DNA of 64,000 bases. Origin: Cladosporium halotolerans. Taxonomy: Eukaryota. This document shows, in pieces, positions 58,523 to 64,000 of the stretch (the stretch's first letter is position 1; each line of letters opens with the position of its first letter). The stretch spans positions 62,001 through 126,000 of the forward strand of contig NW_027191492.1 of assembly GCF_011745625.1 (NCBI RefSeq), read 5' to 3'. The notes beneath the pieces were generated by a model that did no database searches, had not been told where the DNA came from, and was given only the letters and a program-made list of their open reading frames with translations. The position numbers and the translations under genes were made by a program.

Positions 58523-59605
58523 ATGGTGCTCGAGGCGACGATGATTGTGTACGCATCCTCTGTCTGCTGCCTGGAAGTCACGGCGCGTTTCTCAAGGATC
58601 TGAACTGACACTACGGTATAGCGTTGATAACTCCGAGTCATCACGTAACGGCGACTACGTCCCTTCGAGATGGGAAGCGCAGACCGACGCCGCCAACCTT
58701 GTCTTCCACAGCAAGACCCAAGCGAACCCCGAATCAAGCGTCGGCCTGATGAGCATGGGAGGCTCAGGTCCCGAAGTCCTCACAACCCTCACAACCAACC
58801 CCGGCAAGATCTTGGATGGCCTTCACAGAACCAAGATCGGTGGCCAAAGCCATCTCTACACCGGCATCATGATCGCATCCGTAAGTGTCCTCCGGAGGAT
58901 GGGTATACGCAGTTCTGAAGACTAACATCCAATTAGCTCGCACTCAAGCACCGCCAAAACAAGTCCCAGCGCCAGCGCATCATCGTCTTCACCTGCTCGC
59001 CGCTGTCCGATTCGTCATCCACACTCACCAAGCTAGCGAAGAAGATGAAGAAGAACAACACCAGTGTCGACATCGTTGCTTTCGGAGACCTCTCAGACGA
59101 CAACATTGCCAAGCTGCAAGCCTTCAACGAAGCCGTCAAAGGCGGCGAGGGCTCACATCTCGAAATCGTGCCCCCGGGCCCCAACCTTCTGAGCGACAGC
59201 ATCGTCGCCAGCCCGATCCTCGCCGGTGAGGGTGGTGCGGCACCGACAAATGGCGGAGGAGCAGGCGGCGCAGAGGGAGGCGATAACTTTGAATTCGGCA
59301 TCGACCCGTCCGTGGATCCCGAGCTGGCGCTCGCGCTGCGCATGTCATTAGAGGAGGATCGCGCGAGGCAAGAGCGGGAGCGCAAGGCGCAGGAGGAGTC
59401 TGAGGGGAAAACTGCATTGGACAGCGTACCGGAGGGTAGTGAGTCGCAGCCTTTGCTCGATGGTAACGGTGAGCCGTCCGGCTCCGCTTCGGGAAGCGCT
59501 AGCACTGAAGTGAGGCGGCCAGAGGGCGAGCAGAAGAAAGACAAGGATCACGATGACAAGATGGGAGGCCCGGGTCCTCAGGACGACCGGATGAACACTG
59601 ATTAA
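58523..59605 (+). CDS. RPN10: 26S proteasome regulatory subunit Rpn10; introns 58549-58621, 58881-58936
   Basis: MVLEATMIVVDNSESSRNGDY vWA domain, ALKHRQNK, UIM DPELALALRMSLEE. Confidence 0.97.
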
Positions 59606-59726
59606 GAGGTGAAGTAACGTGTACATGTATGAGTACGGTAGATTAGATGCCGCAAGCTGCAGTGAGAGCTAGCCTTTGGCGATACGAGCAAATCTGCATA
59701 CACTCAGTCGCAGCCCACCCAGGTCC

Positions 59727-60827
59727 TCATGACGCCGTGCGAGTCGGCTCGTTCGCCATGTACAACTCGCCGGATACACGCACAGTCCTGCGGTACATCT
59801 CAAGCAGCAATCGCCTCTTCTCTGCTTCCTGCGCACCCAATCTCCGCGCAAGCGTCTCCTCGATCCTATCAAGCAATACATGCGAGCAGTCTCTAGCATA
59901 CTTCGCTATTTCTTCTAAGCCCGCCGTCTCACCGCCGTGCACCAACAAACAGCTGCTCATTGTTCCATCCTTCTCATCCCGCTCCCGGCCACCTATGTCA
60001 TTCAGCAACCGGAACTCAACGCTAAGCTGCTGCGCGAAATCCTGCGCCAAATACATTTCCAGCGTCGTCGCCCAGCACGGCGATTCAGTGTCCGTCGATA
60101 TCAAGCAGCTGAACATCGCGAACATGTGTTTCGTCCCGACCGACCGCGCGCCGATGTCTGTAGTCCAGCTGTAAATGCTGCTAGGGCTTTTGTGGATGGG
60201 AGGGAGGGCTGCAAGTTGGGATATCTGGGCGGCGAAGAATGAGTGCAGCTCCAATGTGTACCATTGCCGGTCTTGTGGGTGCGTGGTGGGCATCGGGTGG
60301 CTATGCATAAGCCGGAGGATGGTTTGGAAGTCTTGCGAGAGCAACGCGAGGTGATAGATGGGTGGATTCTGGGAGAGCGGAGAGTCTGCCCGAGTGTGGC
60401 TCAAGCATTGATTGCTCCTGCTGGGATCAACACCTATGTACAGACTCAAGCAATCATTGAAGAGTGTTGTGGCTGCGCAAAGATCACGCACGCCGTATCG
60501 GTCACAGACGCCTTCCATCCAGTCGTCCACCCGGTAGAGGAGATCTATGTGGCGCGCCATGGCTGCTCCTTGCGCTTGTGGCAGGCAATGGTTGCTCAGG
60601 ATGTTGCAGATGTGAACGGTCACGCAAGTGAACTCTAGCCATGTTGCCTCGATACCCTGTATCAGATGTTTTGGTAGGCTACTGTCAAATTCGGACAGAT
60701 CTTTGTAGTAGATTTCGATGCTCGCCGTGATTTCTTGCCGTAGTTGATCGTCTGGAAGGCTCGAGAATGTAGATAGTTCGCGACAAATTCTGTAGATTTT
60801 GCCGTCATTTCGAAGGGTGGGATACAT
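59727..60827 (-). CDS. Class I terpene synthase-fold protein (stand-alone alpha domain resembling the C-terminus of fungal CPS/KS diterpene synthases)
   Basis: 366-aa intronless ORF; YRVDDWME (DDxxE), RLLNDIGGRERD (NSE-like), C-terminal SGELY. Confidence 0.7.
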   Translation of the reverse strand: MYPTLRNDGKIYRICRELSTFSSLPDDQLRQEITASIEIYYKDLSEFDSSLPKHLIQGIEATWLEFTCVTVHICNILSNHCLPQAQGAAMARHIDLLYRVDDWMEGVCDRYGVRDLCAATTLFNDCLSLYIGVDPSRSNQCLSHTRADSPLSQNPPIYHLALLSQDFQTILRLMHSHPMPTTHPQDRQWYTLELHSFFAAQISQLAALPPIHKSPSSIYSWTTDIGARSVGTKHMFAMFSCLISTDTESPCWATTLEMYLAQDFAQQLSVEFRLLNDIGGRERDEKDGTMSSCLLVHGGETAGLEEIAKYARDCSHVLLDRIEETLARRLGAQEAEKRRLLLEMYRRTVRVSGELYMANEPTRTAS

Positions 60828-61693
60828 GGCCGCAAAGATCGACCGGGAAACGAAAGACGTCTGTAAGTGTTCCTGGATAGAGCGCCCAAATTGACAATGG
60901 CGGTTGTCGGCAGGGAAGCGCTGGGGAGCAATTGAGAAGAGAACGATACTCCATTCAGATTGGGAGTCGCCTCATCTCTGAGATCTCAAGGCCTCATGTT
61001 TGGATTATATAGCTCATTTATGTAAGTAAGATGCTCCCTTTGGATCAACAACGGTCATGCGTCGAGTGGACCCGATAATTAATTCACCGCTTCTTACCAA
61101 AAGATTGACAATCCAGGAACACCTACCTAGGGGCATTGCGGCTGAAATCTTACGTGTACCGACAAGACGCACTCATGTGATCGACAGAATCGCCCGCTTT
61201 GCTCCTCAAACGCATCCACGATTCGTTGCCTGCGCATCTGAACGGCTGTCATATGATTGGGGAAGTGGAGCATTAGAGAACTTGTGAGGACCTTTTGCAC
61301 GACATGCGACGATGAAAAAAAAAAAATCAGAGGGTAGACTTGATGGGCCGTCAAAAGCAACATCTGTCAGGCATTTGTACCATTTGAAAGACAACCAGCA
61401 AGTGTTCTGTAACGAGTTTCCACGCAAGCCGACCCAGCTTGTTGAGCAGCTGATGGAGATGCAACTTTATTAGTAATATTCAAGAGTGGAAACGGCCTCA
61501 ATGCGTATTGTCGGTCACGGTGTGAAATATGAGCTCTCCTTGATGTCCAGGGCGGGGGTCCCGAGATCAATCGATACGAAGGATTGTCCAAGTGGCGTCT
61601 AACGAGACTTGGGAGAAGAAAAGCAGCTGAGTGATAGTGATTTCCGTATACTTTCAAACATTTCATTCGTACGAAGACATCCAACCGACGTCC

Positions 61694-64000
61694 TCAGAGA
61701 TTATTTAGAACAGCTTGCACGCCCACACTCCCGCTATCCTCGCGCTTCAACACATAGCCTCTCAGATCCGCTCTCTCCACGCCCGGCAGTAAGCCCGCTG
61801 CACCGCCCACATTTCTCATGCGATCCCGCAGAGCCTCGGGCCCAATGACGAAGATGTTCGCAATCTCCTCCAGCACGTCCAAGCTAGGCTTGAAGCTCGC
61901 CTGCAGCTCCCAGCCACGCAGCAACTCGCAGTACTTCGCGATGTCCTTGCTGACGGCCAGCGCGCCAGTCTGCGAGACGGTGAAGGCTTTGAAGTGGTTG
62001 AGCAGCAGGCCGCGCAGGCCGATGGCGAGCTCGAGCGAGAAGCTCTCGAGGACTTTGCCGGAGAGGGCGGCGGCTGCTCGCGAGTGCAGACGGTGCAGGA
62101 AGGTAGAGATGTCGCGGCAGGTCGGGGTTTGGAGCTGGTCGAGCTGCAGGTTTGCGTCGTCGCGGGGACGGTAGTCGGTTTTCTTCTGCCCGTTGAGCAG
62201 GCGTGCGGTCCAGGCAAGGGAGGAATCGATGGTGCGTTGGAGAACGGAGTCGATCTTGCTCTCCATGCGGTCCGTAAATGCCGAGGTGCGCTTTTCGAGG
62301 TCACGGCGGATGGTGAGGTTTGTGGCTGCTAAGGGAAGGAGAAGCATTTTTATGGTGGTGAGCATTAGATGGAGAATGCTTACGGCAGTCCGCAAATCAG
62401 TGATGTAGGTGGTATCGGGTTCCGTCTTTGAGTTTTGCTCAGCAGCGTAGGCGGTCTCGTTGGCCGCGTCAAGTGCTGTCTCGAGATAGACTTCGCCCAT
62501 GTTTGCGATCAGTAAGTGAAGTAACTCCCGCACTTCTTTAGGCGTATCGTTGCCACTTGACGCTAGCTCAAGACCACGACCAACGGCTTCCGCGAGCCAC
62601 TTGAGCATTCGTTTTGTATTGGGCAAAGAAAGCTGGCCGTCTTCATCGGTTACATCGGCTTCCGCATTACCAGTAGGGCTTGCTTGTTTGCTGTCATCAC
62701 GCAGGCCTGCAATGCGAAGCATAATGTTCTTCTGACTCGTTGGTGTCTCGCCAGCGTCGAGTCGTTCCGAGTACGCCTCTCTCGCGTTGCTGATCAGTCC
62801 TTTTGATCTTGCTGAAAGTGCGCCAAGGTATGTTGATGACTGCACGTTAAGTTTCCTCCTCCGTGAGTGGTACAAGGTGAACTTGAATAGCAGCCCCTCG
62901 AACAGTTCGCCCAAATTGTGTTTCTCCCGCTCTAGGTAGGATGAGCCGGTAAAATATGGGACGAACAGCTCATCCAGCTGCTGATCGAGCACAGCAGCCG
63001 TCACGCTGTTGACGGGTTCAGGGTGCTCAGTGAGGCCATGTGCTTTCAAATCTTCGACCAAAGCGCTGATGTAGGACTTCGAAGCCTGTAGCGATCGCAA
63101 GAAAGCCAACGAAGATATGCTGTCGGCTTTGTTGAGGACCATCTCCAGTCGTTGTTGAATGGACTGTTGAAATACTCTCTGCAGGAAGCGGGCCAACACC
63201 TCGTCGTAATATGGAAACGCGCGTTTGATGATGAAGCTTTCCTCCTGCACGACCACTTTGACCTCGTCGATCAGTGATTGTAAGCCAGGCTCGATACCCG
63301 GGGGCTCAACATCAGGGTCTGCAAGTCTGTCCCATGTTTCGTTGTCGGTCGCCAGTTCCTCAGTGACGAGCTGAGAGCGATCGATAAAGAACTGATGTTG
63401 ATTGACGAAAAGTGAAATGACACTGTTGCCTTCACCAAAGTCTCGTAATGCGACAGCGCATTCGAGCATGCCATCAAAGTTTTGTCTCCTGTAAAAGTCG
63501 TCGAAAGACCTCAGCAGGTCCTTCTCAAGCATCTCCAGGAATTTTTCAATGATCTCGCGCGTCTTTTGCGCGTTCGTTGATCGACCGGACGGTTCCGAGT
63601 CGTCAGCCCCGTTTGTTTCAGTGAATCGAACGCCATTTGTGTGGCCAGCATCTCCAGAATCCAAGTCAGGGTCTAGTCGCTGCGATATCTTCAGAAGCTG
63701 CCTAGCAATGTGCGCGCATCGCACCTTGCCCTCGCCGGCGCCCATTCTTCGGACATCCTCAAGCGAAGATAGGTCCCCACGCTCGCTGACTTCTATCCAG
63801 CACTGCAGCACGAACTTCGCATCCTGGGCCCTCTGCCGCTGCTTGTCCAGTTCCTCCAACCGCTCTCCTATTCGCACAGCAGCATTTCCGCCAATATCAC
63901 CGTCTCCATCTAGTTTCCTCTCTAGCTGGTGGAAAGACTCGATTGTCCGCTGTAGTTCCCTCTCGCGCGATTTGATGTTCGAGTTGTGCTGGCCTTCTGC
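61694..64000 (-). CDS. SEC10: Exocyst subunit Sec10 (5' end beyond the window)
   Basis: IGERLEELDKQRQRAQDAKF, FVNQHQFFID, FLQRVFQQSIQQRLE, QKKTDYRPRD, YVLKRED. Confidence 0.94.
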   Translation of the reverse strand, partial: AEGQHNSNIKSRERELQRTIESFHQLERKLDGDGDIGGNAAVRIGERLEELDKQRQRAQDAKFVLQCWIEVSERGDLSSLEDVRRMGAGEGKVRCAHIARQLLKISQRLDPDLDSGDAGHTNGVRFTETNGADDSEPSGRSTNAQKTREIIEKFLEMLEKDLLRSFDDFYRRQNFDGMLECAVALRDFGEGNSVISLFVNQHQFFIDRSQLVTEELATDNETWDRLADPDVEPPGIEPGLQSLIDEVKVVVQEESFIIKRAFPYYDEVLARFLQRVFQQSIQQRLEMVLNKADSISSLAFLRSLQASKSYISALVEDLKAHGLTEHPEPVNSVTAAVLDQQLDELFVPYFTGSSYLEREKHNLGELFEGLLFKFTLYHSRRRKLNVQSSTYLGALSARSKGLISNAREAYSERLDAGETPTSQKNIMLRIAGLRDDSKQASPTGNAEADVTDEDGQLSLPNTKRMLKWLAEAVGRGLELASSGNDTPKEVRELLHLLIANMGEVYLETALDAANETAYAAEQNSKTEPDTTYITDLRTAVSILHLMLTTIKMLLLPLAATNLTIRRDLEKRTSAFTDRMESKIDSVLQRTIDSSLAWTARLLNGQKKTDYRPRDDANLQLDQLQTPTCRDISTFLHRLHSRAAAALSGKVLESFSLELAIGLRGLLLNHFKAFTVSQTGALAVSKDIAKYCELLRGWELQASFKPSLDVLEEIANIFVIGPEALRDRMRNVGGAAGLLPGVERADLRGYVLKREDSGSVGVQAVLNNL

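Noticed and set aside
61315..61326. Poly(A) run (and poly(T) near 2852-2863) as possible retroelement tails
   Set aside because: No target-site duplication, element body or RT/transposase ORF seen; simple homopolymers
1..64000. CRISPR arrays, rRNA/tRNA genes, transposons, RIP-like AT-rich blocks
   Set aside because: None recognised by eye; small ncRNAs cannot be excluded without tRNAscan-SE or Infernal

Overview
Gene-dense, intron-containing genomic DNA from a filamentous ascomycete; a Dothideomycete is my inference from gene style. About 31 protein-coding genes were found, many reconstructed across short GT-AG introns. No rRNA, tRNA, CRISPR array or transposon was recognised. The left part is metabolic/accessory: isochorismatase, PEBP, JmjC protein, then a compact cluster (FAD oxidase, CHMO-type Baeyer-Villiger monooxygenase, Zn2Cys6 regulator, MFS sugar porter, Zn alcohol dehydrogenase), followed by an expansin-like protein, an atypical SDR, a GT71 mannosyltransferase, a C69-like Ntn hydrolase and dapB. 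The right part is a housekeeping backbone (RPE1, TAF1, SLA1, borealin, RPN10, SEC10) with orphan-like inserts. Best leads: (1) a secreted, probably Kex2-processed polyprotein with four Cys modules, convergent with a secreted tyrosinase; (2) a stand-alone class I alpha-domain of fungal CPS/KS-type diterpene synthases; (3) TAF1 with alternative C-termini that rewire its zinc knuckle; (4) a putative alcohol-ketone-lactone catabolic cluster with a shared CCGCGG promoter motif. All calls come from reading motifs by eye; no database searches were run.
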